A stretch of DNA of 64,000 nucleotides from Candidatus Woesearchaeota archaeon (GTDB lineage: Archaea > Nanobdellota > Nanobdellia > SCGC-AAA011-G17 > PNOQ01): contig JBDRML010000016.1 of NCBI GenBank assembly GCA_043812195.1, forward strand, positions 22,093 to 86,092, read 5' to 3'. A program made the position numbers and the translations under genes. This document shows positions 55,268 to 64,000 of this stretch, in pieces; position 1 is the first letter of the stretch; each line of letters starts with the position of its first letter. The notes below the pieces were generated by a model that did no database searches, had not been told where the DNA came from, and saw nothing but the letters and a program-made list of their open reading frames with translations.

Positions 55268-55609
55268 TCACCTACCTTCTGCCCCTATCACAATTTTATT
55301 TCCAATTTTTGTTATAGATATTTCAGTATGCTCATCCAATTTAAGTTGTTTTTCTAAGTCACTGGGTATTCTAAATGTTAAACCACCCCCGCTTTTTGAC
55401 AGATGTCTATAAAGCTTTAACGGCTCAGGCCAAACACCTAATTTTCTTGCTACTTCAATTGTTTTTTGTGTTTCTTCTTCAAAAGGGAACTCTTCATTAC
55501 AATTAATACATCTCTCCCCCTTAACTATAAACACATAACCTTCAATTTCTAATACTATATCCTCTACTTTTATTAAATTTCCTTTCTCACATGTTAGACA
55601 TTTTCTCAT
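55268..55609 (-). CDS. putative antitoxin: YgiT/MqsA-type zinc ribbon + AbrB/SpoVT-like C-terminal domain
   Basis: CLTCEKG...CINCNEE zinc-ribbon pattern; C-terminal GGGLTFRIPSDLEKQLKL...ISITKIGNKIVI swapped-hairpin-like. Confidence 0.4.
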   Translation of the reverse strand: MRKCLTCEKGNLIKVEDIVLEIEGYVFIVKGERCINCNEEFPFEEETQKTIEVARKLGVWPEPLKLYRHLSKSGGGLTFRIPSDLEKQLKLDEHTEISITKIGNKIVIGAEGR

Positions 55610-55848
55610 TTTCCTTCAGCTCCAGTTATTATGAAAATTTCTTTATAATCCTCATCCTTTATAAATATTAATTTCCTACTTTTTCTTTTTGTCCTCATAT
55701 ATGCCTCATATTTATTTTTGCCAACTTTGTCAATCTTATACGCATTCTCCAATGCATTTTTTAGTGAATAAATATCATAATCCCACTTTCTCATCCATGT
55801 TAAAATAAAATGCTTGCTTGGTCTAATTTTGTAGTTACTTATGTCCAT
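55606..55848 (-). CDS. putative toxin, DUF4258-like (RelE/BrnT fold)
   Basis: 80 aa; HFILTWMRKWDYDIYSLKNALENA...KLIFIKDEDYKEIFIITGAE resembles DUF4258; 4-nt overlap with the downstream gene. Confidence 0.35.
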   Translation of the reverse strand: MDISNYKIRPSKHFILTWMRKWDYDIYSLKNALENAYKIDKVGKNKYEAYMRTKRKSRKLIFIKDEDYKEIFIITGAEGK

Positions 55849-55900
55849 ACTTTTTCACTACTTTTTGTGGTATTTTTGATATATATAAATCTTTCTTTTT

Positions 55901-55918
55901 TAGTAGCTAAACGGTTAC
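55901..55918. repeat. single copy of the AAAAAGTAACCGTTTAGCTAC motif (reverse orientation) between the toxin-antitoxin pair and PCNA
   Basis: Seen directly: tagtagctaaacggttac; reverse complement matches 9572..9592 over 21 nt. Confidence 0.55.
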
Positions 55919-55954
55919 TTTTTTAGAACCCTCATTTCACTTGTCTATCAACTA

Positions 55955-56728
55955 CTATTTGTTCTCAACTCTCGGAGCCAAGATAGTCATCAAATGTAAT
56001 TTATCAGTAACTCTGTACTCAACTTGTAATGGATAGTCATCAGAAAACTTTATAGAAACATTATCAGCCAATCTAGCACCTTTTACAATTTTTTTCAAAT
56101 ACTCTGCAGAATATTTTGCTTTTGTAATTTTATCATTATCAAACTTAAACTTATTTTCCTCACTTCTTCTAACTTCAAATCTTGCATCACTAACATTTCC
56201 ACTAGATTCTAAAACAAAAATATCACCATCTGCAACTAAAGAAATAGAATCCGCAACAATTCCCATATCATCTACAGCATCACTAAAGAAATGTGCAGCT
56301 ATTTCAACACTAGCAGCAAAATTCAAATCTGGAACATTCTGGGCTTTATCCTGTAAATCAATTAAACCTATATTAAAACTTCTATTAATCTCTCCTTTCA
56401 AATCAACTTTTAATTTATTCTTGCCTTCATCTAATTCCATTATAATACTATCAGAAGGTTTAGCTCTGCCTAAAATCTGTCTAAACAAATCTAAATTAAT
56501 AGCAAAACTTTCTTCATCCTTAACATCATACTCGACAAAAGCGCTACTTAACAAATTAAAAACAACCATGGCAACATTAGCAGGATCCATAGCAACTATC
56601 TCTAATTTATTAGAATCCAATTTAATCCGAACATCATTAACAAGTTCAGAAATGATATTTATACCTTCTTTCAAAAGTCGTGGTTCAGCTAATACTAATT
56701 TCATCAAAAAAAGAGATGGGTATCTCAT
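55955..56728 (-). CDS. pcn: DNA polymerase sliding clamp (PCNA)
   Basis: …LVLAEPRLLKEGINIISELVNDVRIKLDSNKLEIVAMDPANVAMVVFNLLSSAFVEYDV matches the archaeal PCNA N-terminal domain; true start probably the second Met (56704). Confidence 0.8.
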   Translation of the reverse strand: MRYPSLFLMKLVLAEPRLLKEGINIISELVNDVRIKLDSNKLEIVAMDPANVAMVVFNLLSSAFVEYDVKDEESFAINLDLFRQILGRAKPSDSIIMELDEGKNKLKVDLKGEINRSFNIGLIDLQDKAQNVPDLNFAASVEIAAHFFSDAVDDMGIVADSISLVADGDIFVLESSGNVSDARFEVRRSEENKFKFDNDKITKAKYSAEYLKKIVKGARLADNVSIKFSDDYPLQVEYRVTDKLHLMTILAPRVENK

Positions 56729-56750
56729 TTAAATCTATTTCGATTCTGTA

Positions 56751-57077
56751 CTAATACACTCGCCATCTATATCCGCATTTAGTACACTCATAAAATTGGG
56801 TTTCAGACTCATCACTTGACCTTGTTTGTAATGTCCAGTAATATGCTTGTTTATTTCCACATTTCTTACAATCTTCTTTAACTTTTGGTAAAGTCTCTAC
56901 TTTTTTATCACTAACCTCAATTTCTTGACTTTTAGTTAAAGCAACTTTTTCTTTTAAAATTATATTCTCGCTCTTTCCTCTAGGAGAATAATTACAACTA
57001 GGACATTTCATTTTTTTCTTATCACTATCAAGAATCATTATGGTCCCACACTTTTGACAAAATAGATTCGCCATCAT
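56751..57077 (-). CDS. tfs: transcription factor S (TFS) / RNAP subunit M-like
   Basis: N-terminal zinc ribbon CQKCG...CPSCNY; C-terminal TFIIS-type ribbon CKKCG...QTRSSDESETQFYECTKCGYRW with acidic hairpin. Confidence 0.85.
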   Translation of the reverse strand: MMANLFCQKCGTIMILDSDKKKMKCPSCNYSPRGKSENIILKEKVALTKSQEIEVSDKKVETLPKVKEDCKKCGNKQAYYWTLQTRSSDESETQFYECTKCGYRWRVY

Positions 57078-57078
57078 T

Positions 57079-57663
57079 TTATATCAACTCCGAAAACGCA
57101 ATTTTTAACCAGCCAAGATAAGGCACCTTAAAAACGGCCCTCCCAACAACTCTATCTTCTGTAATATCTAATTCATTTAATCCTTGGCCACTATCCACAT
57201 TATTATCTCCTTTTGTCTGGAAATGATACTCTCCATCTACATCCCAAACCTTTACAACCCTATGTATGATTGGATTGTCTAAATTTGATTGAAATACTAG
57301 TATATCCCCTATATTTATATTTTGTGGAGATTCACCAACTAGTATCATAATATCTCCTTTATTAAATCCATTCTTAAATTCAAAGTTTTCAAAGTCTTCT
57401 ATTTTTATATTATTACTCTCGTACCATTCTTTATTATCTTCCCACCAAGCAAAAAAATCATTATTATCATGCTCCATACTCCCAGAAACAACAGCCACAA
57501 TAGGAAACCCAGTTCCCAATAGTAAACCTAATCCAGGATATATTAAAAATTTAACAATTATAAATGCTAATACAAAAGATACTAACCAACTCCAAACTGA
57601 ATCACTTTTCCATAAAAAATTCCAAGTCTTTTTTAAAGTACTAACCATAAGAATATATGACAA
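57079..57663 (-). CDS. signal peptidase I, archaeal/eukaryotic Sec11-type
   Basis: N-terminal TM; VAVVSGSMEH catalytic Ser box. Confidence 0.75.
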   Translation of the reverse strand: MSYILMVSTLKKTWNFLWKSDSVWSWLVSFVLAFIIVKFLIYPGLGLLLGTGFPIVAVVSGSMEHDNNDFFAWWEDNKEWYESNNIKIEDFENFEFKNGFNKGDIMILVGESPQNINIGDILVFQSNLDNPIIHRVVKVWDVDGEYHFQTKGDNNVDSGQGLNELDITEDRVVGRAVFKVPYLGWLKIAFSELI

Positions 57664-57675
57664 AAATAACCCTTT

Positions 57676-57948
57676 TTAAATCTTTTGAATTTTCTGAAGA
57701 ATTTCGTTGTTTTTTTTCTTAAGTCTATCAACAGCATCAAATAAAGCTTTTCTAGCTTCTTTCTTGCCAGAAGTCTCTACAGTCAAAACAGGATTACTAA
57801 CTAATGGATGTTCTATATTATAACCAGAAATAGTTACATCAGCCTCATTCCACAACTCTTGTCTCAAAGCATCAGCTAAAGTATGATCTTCTCCAATTAT
57901 CTCAACATTAATTAATTTCTTATCCTCTTCTAAAACTTTAACTTCCAT
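57676..57948 (-). CDS. rpoL: DNA-directed RNA polymerase subunit L (Rpo11)
   Basis: MEVKVLEEDKKLINVEIIGEDHTLADALRQELW...GYNIEHPL typical of Rpo11. Confidence 0.8.
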   Translation of the reverse strand: MEVKVLEEDKKLINVEIIGEDHTLADALRQELWNEADVTISGYNIEHPLVSNPVLTVETSGKKEARKALFDAVDRLKKKNNEILQKIQKI

Positions 57949-57994
57949 TTTATAAATGGAAAAAATATAGTCTTTTAAACCTTTCGTTTTTCAA

Positions 57995-58360
57995 TTATTT
58001 AACAAATTCAACATTATCAAGATTTTCAAACTCTTTATCTCCTGTAACAAACTTCCATTTCCTATTTATTGATATAGCATATCCCAAACAATCTATATAA
58101 CTAAATTTTTTTGGTTTAAATTTAGATTTTAATTTTGAAGCAAGTTTTATATCTTCTATGTCAAATGATATTAAAAGTTCTTTAAATTTTTCAGTTATTT
58201 CATCCGCTTTTCCCTCTCCAAAAGATTTAAGAATAGCATTATGTAACTCTAAAAGATTAAGTAATGATGTAAAATTTATAGTGTCCTTAAACTTTTCATA
58301 ATTATTATTTTCCTTAACAATTTCAATTAATGCATAAGTGTCTAAGAGATATTCTTCCAT
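57995..58360 (-). CDS. vapC: PIN-domain toxin VapC
   Basis: MEEYLLDTYALIEIVKEN... N-terminal Asp; 121 aa; overlaps the upstream AbrB-type antitoxin gene by 19 nt. Confidence 0.5.
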   Translation of the reverse strand: MEEYLLDTYALIEIVKENNNYEKFKDTINFTSLLNLLELHNAILKSFGEGKADEITEKFKELLISFDIEDIKLASKLKSKFKPKKFSYIDCLGYAISINRKWKFVTGDKEFENLDNVEFVK

Positions 58361-58596
58361 TTCCTTTTTTCAGCTTCATACTCCTCTTTTCTAATCTCAT
58401 CCTTAAATTTCTGTGTATCTATTTTCCAATTCTTTAAAGTCCCAAAAGTCTCTCTTAAAACATTCCTGCCTTCTCTTTTAACCAAAACTGTAACTTCATC
58501 TCCTTCTTTTATATTCTCATCTTTAACTTCACCAATAGGTATAATTACACCAAACGAATTTCCCCATTTCCTTAATTTAGATTTGATTTCTATCAT
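58342..58596 (-). CDS. vapB: AbrB/MazE/SpoVT-type antitoxin VapB
   Basis: MIEIKSKLRKWGNSFGVIIPIGEVKDENIKEGDEVTV swapped-hairpin signature (WGNS..IP). Confidence 0.6.
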   Translation of the reverse strand: MIEIKSKLRKWGNSFGVIIPIGEVKDENIKEGDEVTVLVKREGRNVLRETFGTLKNWKIDTQKFKDEIRKEEYEAEKRKWKNIS

Positions 58597-58641
58597 GTAT
58601 AAACAGTATAATTATTTATATAAAAACCTTTCGTTTTTCAA

Positions 58642-59106
58642 TTATTCTACTTTTTTGAGTATATCACCAATAGTCACAGCCTTATCCCCAAAATTCACAG
58701 ATTTTTCTTTTTTAGACATACTTTGCTCAACACTCTCAACCAAATCTATTGCTAAAAACACAGAAATTTTTTTAGCTAATTTAAAACTAGGTTTTAATCT
58801 TCCAGTCTCTAACTGATGTATCACAGATTCTTTCTCAGCAATAGCTTTAGCCAAATCTTCTTGTTTCATTCCTCTTCTCTCTCTAGCTCTTTTAATTCTA
58901 TCTGGAAAATCCTCTTTAATAATATCCACATATTGAAAAGTAGCTTCTTCCTCTCGTCTCCTCTCTAATTGTTTTTCAACAACAGGTTGATTAACCGCAA
59001 TTACATTGCCATGTTTAGAACAATCAAGACAAATTCTCATCATCGCACCTTCAACAATAGCATCAACTAATTCACCACCTTTTCCACACATTTCGCAACC
59101 AACCAT
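58642..59106 (-). CDS. mbf1: multiprotein bridging factor 1 (MBF1)-type HTH protein
   Basis: N-terminal zinc ribbon CEMCGKGG...CLDCSKHG; C-terminal XRE-type HTH (MKQEDLAKAIAEKESVIHQLE). Confidence 0.7.
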   Translation of the reverse strand: MVGCEMCGKGGELVDAIVEGAMMRICLDCSKHGNVIAVNQPVVEKQLERRREEEATFQYVDIIKEDFPDRIKRARERRGMKQEDLAKAIAEKESVIHQLETGRLKPSFKLAKKISVFLAIDLVESVEQSMSKKEKSVNFGDKAVTIGDILKKVE

Positions 59107-59143
59107 ACAAAAGGTAATCTACTTAAAATTAAAAAGATTGTGG

Positions 59144-59800
59144 TTATAAAAAACTCTCAATATCTTCAAAACTATGCAATCCATGCAAAACAACAGATTC
59201 ATCAATCATCACAGCAGGTGTTTCTTTAACATTATAAGTGCTAACAAATATATCAATCACACTAACATCCAAATCAATAGGTAATGGAATCAACATTATA
59301 TCTCTACCATATTTTTCTTTTAAATCTCCTAAAATACCAGATTGAACTTTCTGTTCCTGTTTTTCAAAATCAGAATTAGGATCATCCTTATAAAAATAAA
59401 CAACATTATGATAATCAGCATTACACCTCTCTTTCAATAAAATAGCATTCATAAAAAACTCAGTCTTCAACAAAGCATACTTTCTTTTTTCTTTAAGCAA
59501 TTTTTCATCAAATTTATTAGCTTGCTCATTCAACTCTATCTGTCTTCCTCTAGCATAAATAGCATCTGAAAACTCTAAATTTTCTTCAATTGCATATTCA
59601 CAAAAATCTCTTCCCAATAACTGATAAAAATCAGTCCTTAATTTAGAATCTTGCCATCTCAACTCCAAATCCTCATAACCATCTTGAATACCCTCGGTTC
59701 TAATGCTTTCTATATAAACACCCAATAAAAGCCCAACTATAAAAATAACCAAAGTAGCTATTGCAGCTTTCCAAAATACACTCTTTTGATTCTCTACCAT
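59144..59800 (-). CDS. membrane-anchored hypothetical protein, translationally coupled downstream of the processive GT2 synthase
   Basis: N-terminal TM (AAIATLVIFIVGLLLGVYI); 218 aa; start overlaps the GT2 stop. Confidence 0.3.
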   Translation of the reverse strand: MVENQKSVFWKAAIATLVIFIVGLLLGVYIESIRTEGIQDGYEDLELRWQDSKLRTDFYQLLGRDFCEYAIEENLEFSDAIYARGRQIELNEQANKFDEKLLKEKRKYALLKTEFFMNAILLKERCNADYHNVVYFYKDDPNSDFEKQEQKVQSGILGDLKEKYGRDIMLIPLPIDLDVSVIDIFVSTYNVKETPAVMIDESVVLHGLHSFEDIESFL

Positions 59801-61014
59801 TCACTATACCCCTTAATCCATTTAAAAAATGAAACTATCAAAATAACAGGAAACGTAGTTAAATAAAACAAAGCATATATAATAAATGAAAACCTAATTT
59901 TCACTTCAGCTTTCTTCAAAGTTCTTAAAGAAATTATAATTCCAACCAAAAAAATAAGAACTAATAAAATACCAAAAACAGTCAACACATTAGGCAAAAG
60001 ATTAATTTCCGGCATCCTGGCTAATCCTTCCCCTGCTTTCACACTATAACTAGCAAGTATGACCCAATTAAAAAGTCTATGCAAAATCACACCTAAAAAC
60101 ACTGAAAACCCTGCAAAAGATAAAATTATATGCGTTAAAAAGAAAGGAATCACAAATACACCAAACATTGCGTAGTTTGTCTTAAACATATACTTCCTAT
60201 GCTTCCAAAAAGTCTGAAAACCTCCAACACTCCACCGTATTCTCTGTCTCCACCAAACCTTAAGTTTACTAGGAGCTAAAGTAAAAGAATGTGCAATAGA
60301 TTCCATCCTTATCTTATATTTATATCTTAACAAATTCCACGCTATTTCAATGTCTTCAGTCATAACATTTTTATCAAAACCTCCAACTTCATTCAAAGCA
60401 GATTTTCTATACATGCTTAAAGATCCTGGAGTAACAAACACACTATCTAAAAAATCTAAAATCCTTCTTGTCCATGCAATTAAAGCATATTCCATAGCCT
60501 GCATTTTTTCCATAAGATTATTTTTATTCTTAACTAAAGCAGTTCCAGTAACAGCACCAACTCTTTCATCCTTAAAATGTCTAGACATCTTCCTAAATGC
60601 TATCGATTCAGGGTGAGAATCACTATCAATAATTCCAATTAATTCACCTTTAGCTATTTTAGTAGCTTGATTAATAGAATCTGGTTTTCCACTATTTGGC
60701 TTTGTAAAAACTTTAACTCCCCTATCTTCAAATGTCTTAGCAATTTCTTCAGTTCGGTCAGTACTGCCATCATTCACCACAATAACTTCAAATTTATCTT
60801 TAGGATAATCACTAGCTAAAACAGATTCCAGAGTATCTGCTATTGTATCTTCTTCATTATACGCAGGGATTAAAACAGTCAGACTAGGAGTATAATCTTC
60901 AGGAGTATCATCAAAATATTTAGACCTATTCTTAAAAAATACCATCAATGTGACTAATGAAAAGTACAGAGATGTCAAAATATAAAACAAATATACAATA
61001 GTTAAAGCGTTCAT
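59794..61014 (-). CDS. processive GT2 beta-glycosyltransferase (NodC / chitin / hyaluronan / cellulose-synthase-like)
   Basis: LIPAYNEE; DxD VVNDGSTD; TED motif MTEDIEIAW; QRIRW (QxxRW); TM helices at both ends. Confidence 0.75.
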   Translation of the reverse strand: MNALTIVYLFYILTSLYFSLVTLMVFFKNRSKYFDDTPEDYTPSLTVLIPAYNEEDTIADTLESVLASDYPKDKFEVIVVNDGSTDRTEEIAKTFEDRGVKVFTKPNSGKPDSINQATKIAKGELIGIIDSDSHPESIAFRKMSRHFKDERVGAVTGTALVKNKNNLMEKMQAMEYALIAWTRRILDFLDSVFVTPGSLSMYRKSALNEVGGFDKNVMTEDIEIAWNLLRYKYKIRMESIAHSFTLAPSKLKVWWRQRIRWSVGGFQTFWKHRKYMFKTNYAMFGVFVIPFFLTHIILSFAGFSVFLGVILHRLFNWVILASYSVKAGEGLARMPEINLLPNVLTVFGILLVLIFLVGIIISLRTLKKAEVKIRFSFIIYALFYLTTFPVILIVSFFKWIKGYSEW

Positions 61015-61063
61015 TCTACCTCAAAAACAGAAACCCCAGAATTATTATAAAGATTGTGATTAA

Positions 61064-61588
61064 TTATAAAGTTTTCAAACCTTCTAAACTAATTTCATTT
61101 CCACCATCTAATCTCTCTTTTAATTTATCTTCAACTACATCAAAATAATCATAAAATTTAGGAGTCAACTTCAACAACCTAGTTCTTCCAAATTTCTCAG
61201 TCACTATAAAATTTTCTTCCTTCAACTTCCTAACATGATCATAAGCCTTATTTCCCCTAATTCCAATAATATCTGCCTGGATTGCTGGTTGTCTATAAGC
61301 AATAATAGCCAAAGTCTCCTGAGTAGGTTTATCTAACTCAGCATCGCTTAATAATTGTTCAGTTAAATAAATATATTCTTTCCTTAAATTTAATTTCCAT
61401 CTATTATTCTCAAAAACAACCTCTAAAGCCCCTTCCTTTTTCCCATATTCCTCTTTTAATTCTCCCAAAATCTGTTTTAAGTATCCCACACTACCAATCC
61501 CTGCTAATTTAGATATTTCATCAATAGTCAGAAATCTCCCTGTAGTAAACAATACAGCTTCAACTCTATGCTTAGGATTATCTTCCAT
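61064..61588 (-). CDS. scpB: segregation and condensation protein B (ScpB)
   Basis: VEAVLFTTGRFLTIDEISKLAG ... ETLAIIAYRQPAIQADIIGIRG are two ScpB winged-helix signatures. Confidence 0.75.
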   Translation of the reverse strand: MEDNPKHRVEAVLFTTGRFLTIDEISKLAGIGSVGYLKQILGELKEEYGKKEGALEVVFENNRWKLNLRKEYIYLTEQLLSDAELDKPTQETLAIIAYRQPAIQADIIGIRGNKAYDHVRKLKEENFIVTEKFGRTRLLKLTPKFYDYFDVVEDKLKERLDGGNEISLEGLKTL

Positions 61589-61667
61589 AAATACATATGT
61601 GTTTTCTTAATTTATAAATCTAATGCTAAAAAGAAAGATTTAAAACAAATCCAATAAATTTAGATTT

Positions 61668-62249
61668 ATGAGAGAATTCATATATTTTTCAAGAGATGCA
61701 AGAACTTCTGGTAATTTTCAAGATTTAATGAAAGCAGGTAGAATGGATATAGCCTGCCACACAATAATAGCAGCCTTTTTCCTATCTCATAATTTAAGAG
61801 AAGACGTAAAATTGCATTTAATTTTTTACGGTCCTCCAGATCCACCAAAACATTTAGAAATTATAAGCTCAGAAAGGTTGCACGAATTCTTAAGTAAAAA
61901 AGACGTAGCAGGACTAATAAAAAGAATGTTATTCAAATATAAAAAAGGAAAGAAAACAGAACCATTTCCATCCTGTTTCATAGAAAAAAAGCCATTATTA
62001 AATTTAATAGAAGAATTAAAAAAAGAAGGTAAAGAAATATACATTCTAGACAAAAAAGGAAATTCATTAAGAAACCAAAAACTATCAAATAAATCTGTAT
62101 TTTTATTAGGAGATCACAAAGGAATACCACAAAAAGAAAAAAAGAGAATATCAAAAATCGCAGAAAAAGTTTCAATAGGTCCACAAATGTATTTTGCTAG
62201 TCACACCTTAACTATTCTACAAAATGAATTAGATATAAGAAATCTTTAA
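61668..62249 (+). CDS. trmY: tRNA (pseudouridine54-N1)-methyltransferase TrmY (Mja_1640/DUF358 SPOUT family)
   Basis: MREFIYFSRDARTSGNF...FFLSH...FLLGDHKGIPQKE closely resembles methanogen TrmY. Confidence 0.8.
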   Translation: MREFIYFSRDARTSGNFQDLMKAGRMDIACHTIIAAFFLSHNLREDVKLHLIFYGPPDPPKHLEIISSERLHEFLSKKDVAGLIKRMLFKYKKGKKTEPFPSCFIEKKPLLNLIEELKKEGKEIYILDKKGNSLRNQKLSNKSVFLLGDHKGIPQKEKKRISKIAEKVSIGPQMYFASHTLTILQNELDIRNL

Positions 62250-63346
62250 ATCTTAAACCTTAAAATTGCACCCATGCCACCAATTTTTCCCAATTGTTGA
62301 CCTTCAGCACTATCAATAGAAATCATTACAACACTAGCACCTATATCTTCTGCTTTCTTCTCCAACTCTTCAACTATTTTATCATCTAAATCTTCAGACA
62401 ACAATAATACATCAACAGCACCCATTTCTAAAGCCTTCCTAACATCTTTCTCTTTGTAAACACCTTTATTGCCACCCTTAGTAGACATAGAATTAAAAAA
62501 CCTCTCCATAATTTTCTTTTCTTCTATAATTCCTTCTTTACCCAAAACATCGTGACTCTTATCCACAAGCTCATTCAAACCAAACTCTCCAGTATAACTT
62601 AAATCCTTTACACCAATTATTTTTTCTTTAATTCTAGCATGCAAATAATCACCATCTAAAAAAGTATCTTTAGTAGGACCAGGACCTCCGACTATAATTC
62701 CTTTTAAATCTTCCATCTCAATAAATTCTTTATTACAAGCACTTCCAACTTTCTTAAAAAAATTATGAGCAGCCTCTTCTCTTAATCTAGCATACCTGGC
62801 TTGTGATTGTCCGCCTTTAGTAGTTTTTCCAGGAACATCAGATGTAAAATTAGCAATCTTAGCAATATAATTTCCTTTCAAATATCCCAAAGTTCCTTCT
62901 CTCCTATCAACAACAAGTAAACCATAAACACCTTTATGAACCATCATATCTTTCAAAATATCAACCACAAAAGTCTGATCACATCTATAAAGACGAATAT
63001 TCAAAGGATGTGAAGGTTCAATACTAAACACTTGAATATCAATCTGGTTCTCTTTATCACTAATATTACCACCAAAAACAGCTAAACCATTTTCAGGTGT
63101 TTTCTTAAATAATCTCAAATGTCTAATAACTTTCTCCAAAGCATCAATAACATTAGTTCTAGTTCTTTTATCTTTAATATTAGAAGCAGTTCCTTGTTCT
63201 TCCATTAAATGATGAATAATTTTAATCAAATCATAACCAGCAGGAACATAAACACTAACTAATTCAGTATGTCTACCTCTATACTGTTCCAAATTCTCAA
63301 TAAATTTCCTTAACTCTCTCTTTTGTTTTACTTCCATATCATTCAA
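62246..63346 (-). CDS. prf1: peptide chain release factor aRF1
   Basis: GGQ motif (KTTKGGQSQARYARLREE); NIKS-region reads TASNIKD; YRCDQTF (YxCxxxF). Confidence 0.85.
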   Translation of the reverse strand: MNDMEVKQKRELRKFIENLEQYRGRHTELVSVYVPAGYDLIKIIHHLMEEQGTASNIKDKRTRTNVIDALEKVIRHLRLFKKTPENGLAVFGGNISDKENQIDIQVFSIEPSHPLNIRLYRCDQTFVVDILKDMMVHKGVYGLLVVDRREGTLGYLKGNYIAKIANFTSDVPGKTTKGGQSQARYARLREEAAHNFFKKVGSACNKEFIEMEDLKGIIVGGPGPTKDTFLDGDYLHARIKEKIIGVKDLSYTGEFGLNELVDKSHDVLGKEGIIEEKKIMERFFNSMSTKGGNKGVYKEKDVRKALEMGAVDVLLLSEDLDDKIVEELEKKAEDIGASVVMISIDSAEGQQLGKIGGMGAILRFKI

Positions 63347-63379
63347 AATTCAAAGCCCCTGGAACGTATTTAAACCTTT

Positions 63380-64000
63380 CTAATGAATATTTTTAATGTG
63401 CCCAACTAACTTTCTCTTCTTATGATAATGGGTAATCTTAACTTTAGTTAACTTTTTTCTCTTTTTCTCTAATCCAAATAAGATAAAGAATCCAACCAAT
63501 GCCATCAGACCTACAAAAATAAAAGTATAACTAAATCCAATAAATTCTGCAATTAAAGCTCCAATTAAAGCCGTTACTGCAGTTCCTATCCCTGCTAAAG
63601 TGGAATATAAACTCCACTCAAAACTTTCATGCTTTTTATCCAAATGAGTACTCCATAATCCCAACCAAGTAGGATGAGCAAATCCTGCTCCAATACCATT
63701 CAAAATTTGAGCTAAATAAATATGCCAGATATTGGTAGAAAAAATATAAATAAACGGAACTATAGAAATCAACAAAGTTCCAAAAATCAGCCATTTTACT
63801 TTATTATCATGTGAGTCTACATATTTAGAAAAAGGAAGTTGAATAACACTTCTAGTAAGGATAAATAAAGCACTAGCCAATCCAGCAGCAAATATTGTTC
63901 CACCAATTAAATTTTCTTTTATAAAAATAGATAATATTGGAGCTATTAACCCAAAACCAGTAATCAAAAAAATATCAGAAAGCATCAACAATCTAATTGT
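63380..64000 (-). CDS. C-terminal half of an MFS-type transporter (5' part of the gene lies beyond the window end)
   Basis: Six TM helices; AGFAHPTWLGLWS-like motif. Confidence 0.45.
   Translation of the reverse strand, partial: TIRLLMLSDIFLITGFGLIAPILSIFIKENLIGGTIFAAGLASALFILTRSVIQLPFSKYVDSHDNKVKWLIFGTLLISIVPFIYIFSTNIWHIYLAQILNGIGAGFAHPTWLGLWSTHLDKKHESFEWSLYSTLAGIGTAVTALIGALIAEFIGFSYTFIFVGLMALVGFFILFGLEKKRKKLTKVKITHYHKKRKLVGHIKNIH

Noticed and set aside
1-64000. CRISPR arrays, rRNA genes, IS transposase genes
   Set aside because: No regularly spaced direct repeats with unique spacers, no rRNA-like conserved stretches and no transposase-like ORFs were seen. The only repeats found are the motif families reported above.

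Overview
The window is AT-rich archaeal chromosomal DNA. The archaeal assignment rests on PCNA, transcription factor S, RNA polymerase subunit L, aRF1, MBF1, TrmY, an archaeal-type signal peptidase I and class III (prepilin-like) signal peptides. Its compactness, its density of toxin-antitoxin genes and its many surface-protein genes suggest a small-genome, possibly DPANN-like, episymbiont; that is inference.

The first ~35 kb is one large glycoconjugate-biosynthesis island containing:
- a three-gene lipid-linked glycosylation module (GT-C membrane glycosyltransferase, small membrane protein, GT2 dolichyl-phosphate sugar synthase);
- several GT4 and GT2 glycosyltransferases, SAM methyltransferases and GDP-mannose 4,6-dehydratase;
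- a teichoic-acid-like module: TagD-like cytidylyltransferase, TagF-like CDP-glycerol glycerophosphotransferase fused to a methyltransferase, three CDP-alcohol phosphatidyltransferase-like membrane proteins and a PhnD/C/E-type phosphonate ABC transporter;
- a Wzx flippase;
- a complete nonulosonic-acid pathway (NeuC, NeuB, NeuA, sugar aminotransferases, SDRs, a GT42-like sialyltransferase-fold protein).

After that come genes for surface proteins:
- a 669-aa protein packed with N-x-S/T sequons and ending in a Thr-rich linker and transmembrane anchor;
- a 735-aa S-layer-like protein followed by two small paralogs.

The likely novel system is a minus-strand cluster (47.5-55.1 kb) of five proteins with class III pilin-type signal peptides (M-[KR]-K-G-Q + hydrophobic helix) surrounding a 1203-aa cysteine-rich secreted/polytopic giant protein. 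No pilus ATPase, platform protein or prepilin peptidase is in the window. The cluster is interrupted by a ribbon-helix-helix/PIN toxin-antitoxin pair and bordered by a Fic gene and an AAA ATPase that look like cassette insertions.

Other notable signals are:
- a recurring ~20-nt motif (core AGCTAAACGGTTAC) forming inverted repeats or hairpins at three rearrangement-associated sites;
- a 13-bp duplicate of a tRNA 3' end, 0.7 kb from an apparently intron-containing tRNA, delimiting an islet with a RelE/ParE toxin;
- a family of 33-bp direct repeats and 13-bp direct repeats bracketing the Fic gene;
- a remnant glycosyltransferase gene;
- five or six toxin-antitoxin modules;
- a processive GT2 synthase;
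- an aRF1 with an NIKD instead of NIKS motif.

The window ends in a core block of informational genes: PCNA, TFS, signal peptidase, RpoL, MBF1, ScpB, TrmY, aRF1.

All functional calls are from motif recognition by eye; no database search was run.
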